This document shows, in pieces, positions 51,480-63,315 of a stretch of 64,000 bases of DNA. The stretch spans positions 74,650,001 through 74,714,000 of the forward strand of contig NC_086108.1 in the NCBI RefSeq assembly GCF_963921235.1, read 5' to 3'. The first letter of the stretch is position 1; each line of letters opens with the position of its first letter. Position numbers and translations under genes: made by a program. The notes below the pieces were generated by a model that searched no databases, was not told the DNA's origin, and worked only from the letters and a program-made list of their open reading frames with translations. The stretch is from Mobula hypostoma. Taxonomy: Eukaryota.

Positions 51480-52180
51480 CCACTCATATTAATTCCTCTT
51501 CCTATTCCCATCCAGACATGTCAGTCTGTGCCCCCCCGCCCCCACTGCTGTGATGAAGCCACACTCAGGTTGGAGGAGCAACACCTTGTATTCCGTCTGG
51601 GTAGCCTCCAACCTGATGGCATGTACATCGATTTCTTGAACCTCCGGTAATGCCCTCCACTTCACCATTCCCCATTCCCATCTCCCTCTATCACGTTGTC
51701 TCCTTATCTACCCATCATCTTCCTCTGGTAACACACATCAAAGTTGCTGGTGAACGCAGCAGGCCAGACAGCATCTGCAGAATTCCTGTTGTTTGCGTTT
51801 TTAAAAATCTTCCTCTGGTGTTCCTCCCCCTTCCCTTTCTTTCATGGTCTTCTACCCTCTCCTATCAGATTCCTCCTTCTCCAGCCCTTTCTCTCTTTCA
51901 CCAGTTGACTTCCCAGCTCTTTACTTCACCTCTCCCTCTTCACCTCTTCACCTCTCCTGGTTTCACCAATCACCTACTACCTTGTATTTCTTCATTCTCC
52001 CCCACCCCCACCTTCGTACTCTGACTTCCCATCTTTTTCCCTCCAGGACTGATGAAGGTTCCTGGCCCAAAACAGCAAGCGTTTACTCTTTTCCATAGAT
52101 GCTACCTGACCTGCTGAGTTCCTCTGACAATTTTTGTGTGTTGCTGTGATTTCCAGCATCAGCAGATTTTCTCTTGTTTT
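51480..52180 (+). mobile_element. Older Penelope-like element 3' part
   Basis: ORF CDEATLRLEEQHLVFRLGSLQPDGMYIDFLNLR; pyrimidine-rich UTR; pLTR with CTGATGA at about 52049 but caaaa in place of GAAA. Confidence 0.85.
51730..51806. mobile_element. 77-bp minimal insertion of the young Penelope family
   Basis: 13-bp TSD atcttcctctggt at 51717-51729 and 51807-51819; inverted pLTR arm joined to the forward tail through cagcatct. Confidence 0.88.
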
Positions 52181-55100
52181 TTTTAATCTTTGAGTGGTGT
52201 TGGCCATTTTGCAAATTGTTAACAACTAAATGACTGATCAGATGTGCTCCTCAGTTGAGCACCTACAACTCAGAGATTTTCTTCTCATTAACTTCCTACC
52301 CCTTTCATTAAAGTGTTCTCTTTCTCAACTACTTAGGATAGCAAAAGCAATCTTTATTCTTTCAGTTGTCTGGTTCATCATTCTTATGTCACAAAAGCAC
52401 CTCTAGACCCAGCAGCGTTTGGATCTCCATAAACCTCCTGAAACTGTTTAACATTGTTAATGGGGAGAGAATTGTTCCTATTGCCTCTGTGGTTCTACTG
52501 ACATGGACCTGCTGGCAAAGGTCACCCTACTTCTTAATGCCAAGGCCGGGCACTGTCTATTGTGGCATATGGCTAGGCAAGGACAACCTCAACACTTGAA
52601 GCAATTGAAAAGGTATCCTCTAACAAAACTGTTTGTAAAACCCATGAAGGGACATGTATTTGAATGTCCCTGATGCGTAGAAGCATTGGAAAAAGATTTG
52701 GAATGATTAATTGTCAATGAAACAATTATACAAGTTAAAAATATTTAATAGAAAAAAATTGAAACACTCTCAAATAATTAAACACTTTCTTAAAGTGGTA
52801 GTGAATGTGAACTCATCAAAGTAGAAGTGGTAGAGGTATTGGGGGGGGGGGGGTCATGGAGTGGAGGTTAAGCAATAAGGACGGAAGGCCCAGTGCATAT
52901 CCTGGGCCCTTGTCTCTGTTGCATTTATTATACCAGCAACTGAATTTTAATAAAGAGTTTGATGTGAAAACCTACTGATGAAGATCATAGAAAGAAATTT
53001 TCTCACACTCCTTTGACTCATAGTGAGCAGAACCATGTAAGATTCTCAAGAAATGTAGATACAAAATAATCATAAATGTTATCGATCAACAAAGGACATA
53101 AAATGGTTTCCATAAAGAGACATTGTATCGGCTCTCTCATTTAAAAATATGGCAAATGATGCACTGTTCTGTTTTTGTTAAAAGATCTCTATGTCAGAAA
53201 ATATTAACTTTCTGCACAGCTGTTTGCATTTCTTACAATCTGCTAGAGGTTAGTCAAAGCATTGAGAATTGTTGATTGTTCATGGACCAAATGTGAATCA
53301 TTAACCATAATTTTTTAAACATGCATAGTGCTTTAACAGGATATACCGGCAGAAATCTCTCAAATTTTCAGGGGAGTTTTCTTAACCTGCATTATTGACA
53401 TAAGCAATAATCTTTTCTGTTGTACACAAGGACATCTGAAATATGAGTTTAGCTGTACGCCTGCCTCTTCCTCCTGCTAGTACAGAAAGCCAGCAATTTG
53501 CTGAAGTACATTCCTCTGGTCTCTCCTCCCAGTCTCTCAGCTAACTTACCTTTGCTTCCTTGTCTTGTCAGAAGACGGCTATGCTTCCTGTTGCCTCTTT
53601 GCATTGTGTCACCACATTTCCACAGGAATTGGTGGGAAACCCAGCCCTTAAATAGCTGAGAAAACGGCCATGGGATAAATTCTGTTGAGGCAAAACTCCC
53701 TTCCCCCACCTTTGGAAGTGTGCAGCCATCTGCATCTTAGTAGTGGGATCATTGCTCATTGTTTTCTTTATTTGTTGCACTTAAAATATCAGACTATTGC
53801 CGAGCACTTTCAATGAGCTAACCATAGGCTGCTGCTGCACTATGCCTTGTTTACTTCTGGCTGATGTCATACACTGACAACATAAAATGCTAACCATTTG
53901 TGGTTTACAGCAGGAATAGTTATCAGCGTTGTGGGAACGTTTGAAGTCTGCCCACACTAAGATTTTCTCATGAATCTTCCTGAAGCAGAAAGCTTTTCCA
54001 ATTTCAATCCAATTTCCAATTTTTAATGTGTCCTAAAACTGACACTGGGCTGCTATTTTAGAATGTGCAAAGGGGCTATCATACAAGGAGATACTGGACC
54101 TGTTTAAGGCTTCTTTTGGTCGGATGTAAGCTATTTCTTCTGTCACGTTTCAATAAATGTGATAATAAATGCACTTAATGCTGATGATTCTCATATTACT
54201 GATATTTTCTTCCAACATAAAGGAAGACACAGTCTATCTATTCTATGCTGGCTCTCAGAGTAGTTCCACCAGGTCCACTCTCCCATTAATTTTTCTGTAA
54301 ACTGTTTTACCCTACATGGCCTATGAAACCTATCTTGATTCTCCTGCCATCCCTGACAGTGGAGGCAATTGACCGGTGGCAATGAACCTGCCAATGTATT
54401 GTATCGTTGAGATGCTGGAGATGATTGGAATATTCAGGGAAAACCTACATGGCTACAAAGAGAGCATGCAAACTTCACCTGGACTGCACCAAAGTTTCTT
54501 TGCTACTTCACCAACTGCTGTCTCATTCTCTGCCCTATTTTAGGTGGGTTTTACTGTGAAAGTTCAAATTGTTCTGACATAATACCCCTACATAACTCAA
54601 GTGTGCCAAAAAAATGTAGGCTGAAATTTGAAATGATTCAAGTACAAGATATTGGTGAAACTGTCCCAGTACCAAGCTTGGTAAGATGTATTTAAACTTC
54701 CAGATTTAATCAAAAATCAATGCTAAAACTGAAGCAGCCCAGTTTTAACTTTTTGCTTCAGCTTGACTGTTGGAGCATACTATGTGTTCCTTTCTCTTCT
54801 CCCTGTTATGATCTGGAATTACAATCATGAACATTACTAATGTTGAATGACATGTATTCTATTGCAAATTGGCAGCATTAAGACAGAAATGGCCTTGTAT
54901 TAAATAACAGTATCACTCTAAGGGAATTCTCCAAAATAATGCTTTACAAATGATCCTTTCATCAATATTTATGTGCAGAAATATGCTATGGGACCAATAA
55001 GAAAATGCTGTACAAGGCTGCTTTCTTTACTGATGTCATTAATATTACATTCATTAATTTATGGAAACTTGTTGTTTAAAAATGCAAACACGCAAACTTG

Positions 55101-57004
55101 TTGTTTCCTTGTTTAACCTGGGCTTCCAGGATGACTCTCAATATTTCCTCTCTGGTTTCTCTAAACCATGTGTTGACATAAAGTTATGCAGATTAGTTCC
55201 AGGCTTCAAGATTGCTCTGTGCTACTGTGTCATCTAGGAGCTTTATGATATGTATTTGGAGCAATAGCCCAACTGTCTTACTGAGTTGTTTGATTTCCAT
55301 CTGTTAGCATTCACATCCTAATGGTTCAGATTTGGAGTTTGGACTATGGGAAATTAACCAATCTAATGTCTTTGTTGCCCTTTTCACTGTTCCATCAAAT
55401 TAACTATCCAACTTTGCCATCATTACAGATAAAAATTGTAGCAAGGTTTTTACTCAAGCATCAACTCAGGTTAGGTGCAAATTCTACTTTGATTAAGTAA
55501 TTATCTTTCTTACAGGGTTTCAAATTTAATTTTCATTCAACTATTAAAAAATAGACATTTCTTAATACTGATCTTCCTATTCTTCACAAATTCTTTGCAC
55601 CATTCATGTGTTTCAAGAGTAATTGTTACCGAATACAATTTTTGAGGAATAAACTTAATGAGCCCAGGAAACAAGCAGATCCGAAGTGGATATTTCTGTT
55701 ATGTGTACAACGGATAGTAAGAAAACAGAAGTTTTGCACTTAAAGGACATGCACTTGAGAAACCAGGAGGACATTTGACTATTGTTATGGTGTGATAAAT
55801 TTTGTGTGGTCTAAGCTATTTTCTTTCAAATTAGATCTTATTTATTTTATATAAACTTGAAACATTTCAATGTAAACAGGACTTGACTGTAAAACCATAT
55901 TGTAGCAAGATGACTGAAATATTTGTTGCAGTTTGTGCAAATGTTTTTTGTTAACCGTAATTACAGCTCATTGCTACAGTCACTTATCGGGGTACACCCA
56001 GTAACATTAAAACTCTTCATAGGTTTGGATTTCCAGTTTGGAACAATGGTAAATAGTAGCCTTAGTGTTTATGGAGTTAAAGTTGAACATCTGTTTCTGA
56101 ACATGTTTGTCCCATTAACTATGAGTACTTCAAAGTGTGATTACAATGATTACATTTTCCTTTGGAATTGATGATTCATTTATGGATGCTAAAGCTTGCC
56201 ACTTTTAACTTTGCTTAGATTTAACTATTGTACTGTTAACAATAAATTATTGTACCAACATGCCATAATAGGTCAATTCCTGGATTCTAATTCTAGCATC
56301 ACCAACATCTGAAGTGTATCTGAATATAATTTTGGAGAGGCCTTTGGTATGCATAGGAATGGAACAATCTGTCTCCAGGGTGAAACATTTTTGGAACCAG
56401 AAGAACTAGCCATACAGTGTATAAGTGCATCTTGGAACTGATTAGTGGAGCAGAGATGTTAGCCAAAAATATGAAAAATGTTAGGAGTGGTGATGAGGAG
56501 AAATTAAAATATATAATCAAATGACCTGTGATGTGGATTACTTTCATACAAGCAAAGATTATCATAAAAACTCTACTCTAAATTAAAACATGGTATATAT
56601 TGAACCATGAAGTGTACCAACAAGACTTACTGTTGGAGCTACTCCAAAATTGGCATGAACATAATGGAGCTGTGTATGGTATATGGCAAATACAACCTGG
56701 GTGACTGGGTGACAATAGGAGATTTTGAACTAACCTTGTGCCACTCTCTATTAAAAAGAAAGCAAATTAATAAAATATGATGTAAACTACTGAAGTTAAA
56801 TAAAAATAAAATTAAACCTAGTTAAGGTTTTGAACTTTATTTAACTTGAGTAATATATTGATTTTTTATCCCATTACATTTCCTGTAAGTTATTTTAAAT
56901 CTTACACGATCTAGTATATTAAAGAAAGACATCAGCAACTGCACATGCTGCTCTCTGGAACAAAAAAAATACAAACTGTTGGAGGAACTCAAGTAGATCA
57001 AGTA

Positions 57005-58593
57005 CAGTGCCTTGAAAAAGTATTCAGCCCCCACAACTATTTTCACGTTTTGCTGATTTGTTTTCTAAATTTGACAATTGAGGAAGGATTTTTTGAGCTA
57101 ATTCACAAAACATTGTGCATCGTGTCACATCAAAAGAAAAATTCCAAAACCTGTCAACAATTTACCAAATTTGTGAGGCTGAAAAAGTATTCATCCCCTT
57201 TGTAATTGCTACGCTAACTTTCCTCAGTACCAATATATTACCTTACCAACTCACCCAATTTGTTGATGTAGAAAATTGGAGGATCGCCTGTTTTCAATGA
57301 ATTCATAAGAATACTGTAAATGCCTCCTCTCTCTCTGTAAGGTCCAATGGTATGGTAGACTTTCAACAGGCCAAAGCAAAATGAAGACAAAAGAACATTC
57401 AAGACAAGTCAGGGAAATGATAATAGAGAAGCACAAAGCTGGGGAAGGGTACAAGACCATCTCAAAGGCGTTGAACATACCTCAGAGCTCAGTGAATTCC
57501 ATCATGAAAAGGTGGAAAAAATATGAAATGACAGCCACACTGCTTAGTTCAGGCCATCCCTTTAAACTTAATTGCCAGAGAAGTCTGGCACTTATAAGGG
57601 AGGCCACTGTGTTGGTAATAATCACTCTCGAGTGAGCAGCAGAGGTCAGTGGCTGCAACTGGAGATGAAATCTATGGCCCCACAATCTCTAAGTTCTTGT
57701 ACAAAAAGGTTACTTATGGCAGAGTGGCAAGGAAGAAGCCCTGGCTGAAAAAAAAGTGTATCCTTGCCCGCAAAGCGTACTTAGAAGATACTGTAAAGAA
57801 CTAAAAGAAGGTCTTCTGGTCAGATGAGGCTAAAGTGGAACTTTTTGACGTCAATACTAAGTGGTACTTGTGGCATAAATGTAATACTGCACATATGCCA
57901 GGTTATACAATCCTTGCTGTAAAGTATGGTGGAGGTAGCGTCATGCTATGGGGATGATTTTCAAGCAGCAGTGACAGGAAATCTGGACAAGATTGATGGA
58001 AGGATGAATGCTTCTAAATAAAGAGAGATCCTGGATAAAAACCTGCCAGCCTTTGCCAAAAAGCTTAAACTGGGGAGGGAATTCATCTTTCAGAAGGATA
58101 ATAACCCAAAGCACACTGCCAGAGCAACCGTGGAGTGGCTTCAGTTGAAGAAAATTGATGTCCTTGAGTGGCCCAGTCAGAGTCCTGACCTTAACCTGAT
58201 CCAACATCTCTGGCAAGACTTTAAGATTGCTGTCCCTCATCACTCACCAACTAACCTGGCACAGCTTGAGCAATTTTGAAAGGAGGAATTGGCAAATCTT
58301 GCTCCATTATGTTGTGCGAAGCTAATAGAGACTTGTAATAGATGTGAGAGGTGGTTCAACTAAGTACTGAACAAAGGGGGGGGATGAGTACTTCTGAACT
58401 GCTGACATTTCAGGTTTTGAGTTTTTACTTTTTCATGCTTTACCGTTTTCCCAGTTTTTTTTTACCCTGCTGTGAAAAAAGGAGTATGTAATTCACAAAT
58501 AAAAATTCTCAGTTAAATTGTTCAACATCCCTGGTTATAATACTCATTGATGCGAACAAAGGGTTGGGGGATGAAAACTTTTTCAAGGCAGTG
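57005..58593 (+). mobile_element. Full-length Tc1-family DNA transposon with IR/DR ends (1589 bp)
   Basis: TA at 57003-57004 and 58594-58595; ends cagtgccttgaaaaagtattcagccccc / gggggatgaaaactttttcaaggcagtg (3 mismatches in 28); inner repeats at about 57181 and 58376-58394. Confidence 0.93.
57381..58370 (+). pseudogene. Tc1 transposase, inactivated
   Basis: MKTKEHS...GEGYKTISKALNIP (HTH); [24 protein letters not shown] and EWPSQSPDLNLIQHLW (catalytic E appears as Q); stops and frameshifts. Confidence 0.9.
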
Positions 58594-58791
58594 TAGCATC
58601 TATGAAAATGAACAAACAGTCAACATTCTGTGTCGAGACCCTTCATCAGAACAGATCAGGTAGCATCTTTGGATACAGGGTGAAGGCCTTTTGAATTGAG
58701 ACCCTTCATCAGCTTTATTTGTTCAATGGCAAGTGAAAGAAAAAACAACACTAAATTCAGAAACTAAATGTTCCTTTCTTTATCTCTTCAG

Positions 58792-58968
58792 TTTTATCTA
58801 CAGGCCCGCTTCACGTGGAGAGGAGGCAGACTCCTTCGACCCTTGCTCCAGTTCACACTGGTGATGATGGCTTTCTACACTGGGCTGTCTCGTGTATCAG
58901 ACCATAAGCATCATCCCACAGACGTTCTGGCTGGCTTTGCGCAGGGAGCCCTGGTGGCTTATTTCATT
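58792..58968 (+). CDS. PLPP3: PLPP3 internal coding exon (equivalent to exon 5), C3 motif SRxxxxxHxxxD
   Basis: Polypyrimidine tract plus ctcttcag|TTT and donor ATT|gtaagt; 177 bp, phase 0. [59 protein letters not shown]. Confidence 0.96.
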
Positions 58969-59097
58969 GTAAGTATTATGTCATTGTATTTTACAGTCTT
59001 TCTGAGAAATATCCGTGCTTGAGAGCCTAAGGCAGCTCTTAAATGGCTATGATTCAACAATTCAAAAGAGACTCTCAACAATTGCAGCTCCCTGGGA

Positions 59098-59141
59098 ACT
59101 GAGAACAGACGAAGTATAGACTGAGAACAGACGAAGTATAG
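59098..59141. repeat. Perfect 22-bp tandem duplication
   Basis: actgagaacagacgaagtatag x2. Confidence 0.9.
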
Positions 59142-61939
59142 AGTGTGGAAATTATTACCTGTGCTGGTTAAACTGCCAACTTTTTTTCTCTATGACAAAC
59201 TATTCATAATTTAAGATGTGTGCTCATCATTCTTGGGGTAAGTTGGACAGAGTTTCCCTTAGTTGACATCTGAATTATATGGGAGTGTATATCTGCATTC
59301 AGTCAGTTCAAGCACTTTAACTTGTACCGAAGAAAGGAGAAAAACAGTTCAAAGAAGACAAGTAGAGATTAGAACTTCAGCTTCTGCCTTTAACTTTGAA
59401 TCATTTGTCAATATCAAGACAGCAGTCCTCTGCTTTTATCAGAATCTTTCACTGTTTATGTGTGAAGTTGAAAATAAAGAGCCAGATTTTACCAAAAAAG
59501 TACAGCAGCCATCAAACATCTTAACATGGTTTAAATTGAGTCTACATATCTCTACGAACTAATAATATTTACTTAGAAACCACTAAGCTGTTCCATCACA
59601 GTAAAGAGGTGTATGGGCCTTTAGGTATATACAGTAAGTTACTGACAGCTGTTTGAACTTATCCACTTGAACAGTTAGAATTTGAGTTTGAATTGTTTGG
59701 ATAAACATGTTTCAAGCATCCATGTAATTGAAGGCACATTCAAACACTTGCAGTTTACAAATGATATAATGATGCATTTACTGATGTAACTAGGCATTAA
59801 ATACCTACTTTCATGAACGCTCTAATACAGGGGAGATTGTACTTCACTGATCTCCTGGAGGTGCCCAGGAAATGGCAGTAGATCAATGCAAAGGCAAGAC
59901 CATGGAAGAAAGATTAGGACCATGGAATTGGCATTTACATCAGTCATGTACACTTCACAGCTACACTTTATATCCATTTCCTGCACACACCCTGTGAATA
60001 GAGTAGCTGAGTTTCAGCTTGAAGCTTTTGCACAAATGCTATTATTTGGTGCATTGTAGAAGTTAGTCATTGCACGCATACATGTGTCTTCAAAAGGGAT
60101 ATTTGGAATGAGTTTGAGTCCAGATTTTGTTGGCTGCTATTGGTTCCAATAAGCTGTTAAAGTCCTGAGTCCAATAAGATGTCTTTTTAATGCTGATTCC
60201 CCAAAGGCAGTTAATGTACTTAACTGGTAAAAAAAAAAGAATGCCAGGATTATGCATTGCTTGATTATATTCATGTGATGGACCAGTTGGAGAATAAGTA
60301 GGTCACTGTTGAGAACTACACACTGTTATTTTTACAATATTTTATACTTTGTGCAGACCTCTTTTATATAAACAGAGCCCATAATCATAAAATTGTTTGA
60401 GCACTAAATGAGACCACTAGGCCCATTGATTCCTCTTCTGGTCTTTCCCTGTAGCTCTGCTAGCTTTTTTTCCTTCAGTATTTACTAAATCTGTTTACGA
60501 AAGTCAGAGTTGAATCTACTTTCTCCATCATCTCCCAGCAAGAATTCCAGATCATTAGTGCAATTAGGATGAGGCATGGGAAGAGAAGAGATGACGTAGG
60601 AAGCTCCCTTCTGGTTAGACAGTCAGAGAACAATTGCTCAGACTGCTCTTTCAACGAATATGACCCCTATTTCCCTTTCCCATAGCAGTTTTCTTCGTAT
60701 CCTCTTTCCATTACAGTACTAAACAACACAATACCTTCATGACCACAATGTAACAATAAGAGTCCAATAAATCACCATTCCAAATAAACAGTTTTGTAAC
60801 CATGACCAAAGCAATGCAGGCATCAATTAGTCATCTTTCTCCATTCTCTTAGTACGTTTCGAATATCCTAGTATCCAGGCTGTGCTACATCAATGTGGAA
60901 GGCTACTGATTTTCAGCTGAGGAGGTTGTCAATGGCCTGGTTTGGACAGTTTTGACCTCTAAGCCTTGGAGTGCCTGAGTTGAATGGAACCCCTTCTTTT
61001 TGCTCATTTACAGCCTGGTCTGACTACTAGTGGTACTGGTGATTAGATCATGCAACTTTAAGTGAGCACAATGGATTTGTGTTCTATAGAGTCACAGCCA
61101 TCACCATTGGGTGGCACTTCAGAAATCCTCGTAACGTGTTGGGAGGACAGGTGGTAGAAGAGTAGCGATGTCCTCAATCCCTCCCTTGAATTCAGGGATC
61201 CAGTGCTATGAAGGCATTGTGTGAGCATCTATTGTCAGGCACTGAGGGTTTGTGTGGTTCTGCATTGGATGCTGAGGCACTGACAGTCAGATCACACTCT
61301 GGCACTAAATCCACAGGCACCGAAATGCAGCTGGCTACTACATCCATGCTGGAATAATGAGTTACAGGCTCCTTCTGCTAGTCTGCAGTTAGATTTCTCC
61401 ATATACTTGACACTGCACCAAGCTTTTTGATAGACTTAGCAACACAGCAAGCATTCTGGTGCGTATACTCATTTGCTTTCTCTTGTACACTGTCCCATTG
61501 AAATCCTCATCTGAGTTCAAACTGTAGGGCAATCCTTCTCCCTTCCCCTGTCTGAAGGCCATGTATGTGTCTGTTGACATACCACATTCCGATCACATCT
61601 CTAACAGGCACAGTATGTGGAGTGCAATACATGAGCTTGTACCTGTGAATTTTGGACAGAGTGACAGTATTTTTTTCATCTTTTGTTGCTCCTCTAGCTG
61701 GGTTGAATTTCTTGGCAACGGGGTATAGTTACTGAATAAGGCAGTAGGAATGTGGGTTAATGAATAGTCTGCTTGAAAATTCTGCAGGTGATTCAAACAA
61801 GCTTGTGAGGTAATGAGCATTTGGACTGTGATGAAGATTAGTTGAAGCATACTTTCATCATAAATTGTCTCAGTAGCCACGGACTCTGTCATGGTCCGTT
61901 CATTGGTGCACGAGTGTAGGTAGAGGAAGTCAGGCTTCA

Positions 61940-62525
61940 GGTTTTGGAATAAGGATTACATTCTCAGAATGTAAGATATATCATTTAGGAGTGAGATTGG
62001 GTGAACTTTCTTCACTCATACGATGGTAAGCATGCAGAATACTAGGAGCTCAAATTGCTAACTGTGGATAGATTTCTAGACAGTTGAGGTAGAGATTGAG
62101 CCATGATTGTATTGCATAGTGGAGAAGGCTTGAAGGCTAAGTGGTCTATGCCTCTTATTTTCCCATGTGTCTTTGTATGACTAATAGTTCGTTGCTCCTG
62201 ACATCGGTCCAGTGTTTCCTTATCCTTCAGAGTATATGTCAGTTATCACACAGAGCATGGTGGATATCTGAAACTCAAATTCAGAGAATTTATTGAGAGT
62301 AAAAGAAGTTTGAATTCTGGTTAACTGTTGGTCACAAAGATATTGCACATAGACGTGACAATCTTCAGATGAGGAAGTGTTGAAGTCACAAACAATCACA
62401 ATGTTTAACAGACATGTAGATAGGCGCTTAAATAGGTAAGGCATTGAAGGATCTAATGTGGGCAAATGGGATCAGTATAAATGGGTAAAATGGACAAAGG
62501 GCCATTTTTATGCTGTACAATTATG
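61940..62525 (+). mobile_element. Two old CR1 3' fragments
   Basis: Tails gcttgaaggctaagtggtctatgcctc and ggcaaatgggatcag...gggccatttttatgctgtac. Confidence 0.5.
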
Positions 62526-63099
62526 TCCATGACATTATGACGTTAATTCATAAATGAAGAAACCAGTGTTATCAACAGAATTTTGGAATAGCTATCAACA
62601 ACCAGTTTTATCAGAGATTTGTGTTCGCCCACCCATATTTTCCATTGTGGCATCTTGTATTCCCTCAGTTTATGGTTCTGGCTCCTAGGAATGGGTCCAA
62701 AAGATTTTTGGGAACCACAAAGATTATTCTTGCAATATTATTATAGGGTTTACAGACTGAAGAATGTTGCAGCATTTTGAGGAGGGGGTAATTTGAAGAT
62801 CTATAAATATATGTATTACAACATGATATAATTTTATACTACATTAGTTTACTTTGATTAGGGATTTTTAACTGGGATTATCCATTTGGTCAAACTGAGC
62901 GAAGTTAAATATTAAGTTGTACATATTTCTACTGTATGTCATTCATTAATATTGGTCCCTTTGTTTTGATATTTGTAATTATCAGTCTCTGCCTTTCAAG
63001 CCACATATTTTTATTGAAATGTGGATTTCTGAACATAATTTACTGCCCAATTAATTGAAAAGAAGAAAATAATTGCAGTTGATTGATTTCAGAAGTAAA

Positions 63100-63315
63100 A
63101 AACGACTCTGTATGGAGTTTGTGTGTTCTCCCAGTGACTGTGTGGGTTTCCTCCAGGTGCTCTGTTTCCTCTCACAGTCCAAAGGTGTATTGGTTGGTAG
63201 GTTAAGTGGTCATTGTAAATTGTACCATGATTAGGCTATGGTTAAATCGGGGTTGCTGGGTGGTGCGGTTTGAAGGGCCAAAAGGCCTGTTGCCGGCATT
63301 GTATCTCAATAAATT
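63100..63315 (+). mobile_element. V-SINE-like element with CR1-like tail
   Basis: tggagtttgtgtgttctcccagtgactgtgtgggtttcctccaggtgctctgtttcctctcacagtccaaag; tail gaagggccaaaaggcctgtt...gtatctcaataaa. Confidence 0.75.

Larger units (their letters stand above)
56950..58713 (-). mobile_element. Old pLTR remnant split by Tc1 (56950-57004 and 58594-58650) plus a second tandem remnant (58651-58713)
   Basis: ggaggaactcaagtagatcaagTA|gcatctatg...gagacccttcatcagaac rejoins across the Tc1; a second gagacccttcatcag occurs at about 58698-58712. Confidence 0.7.
25808..58791 (+). other. PLPP3: PLPP3 intron (32,984 bp), GT-AG
   Basis: Flanking exons join in frame (YLA|FYLQAR) with no missing LPP3 residues. 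Confidence 0.9.

Noticed and set aside
58768..59022. ORF-track starts and stops around the PLPP3 exons (also 21561-21812)
   Set aside because: They run through splice sites into intron; exon limits were set by AG/GT boundaries and homology.
60688..60753. True PLPP3 last exon (VFFVS...)
   Set aside because: There is no in-phase acceptor and similarity ends after five residues; kept only as a weak candidate.
49900..61900. Possible very old LINE remnants at about 49900-50700 and 60800-61900
   Set aside because: They look repeat-like, but I could not recover diagnostic motifs to assign family or boundaries.
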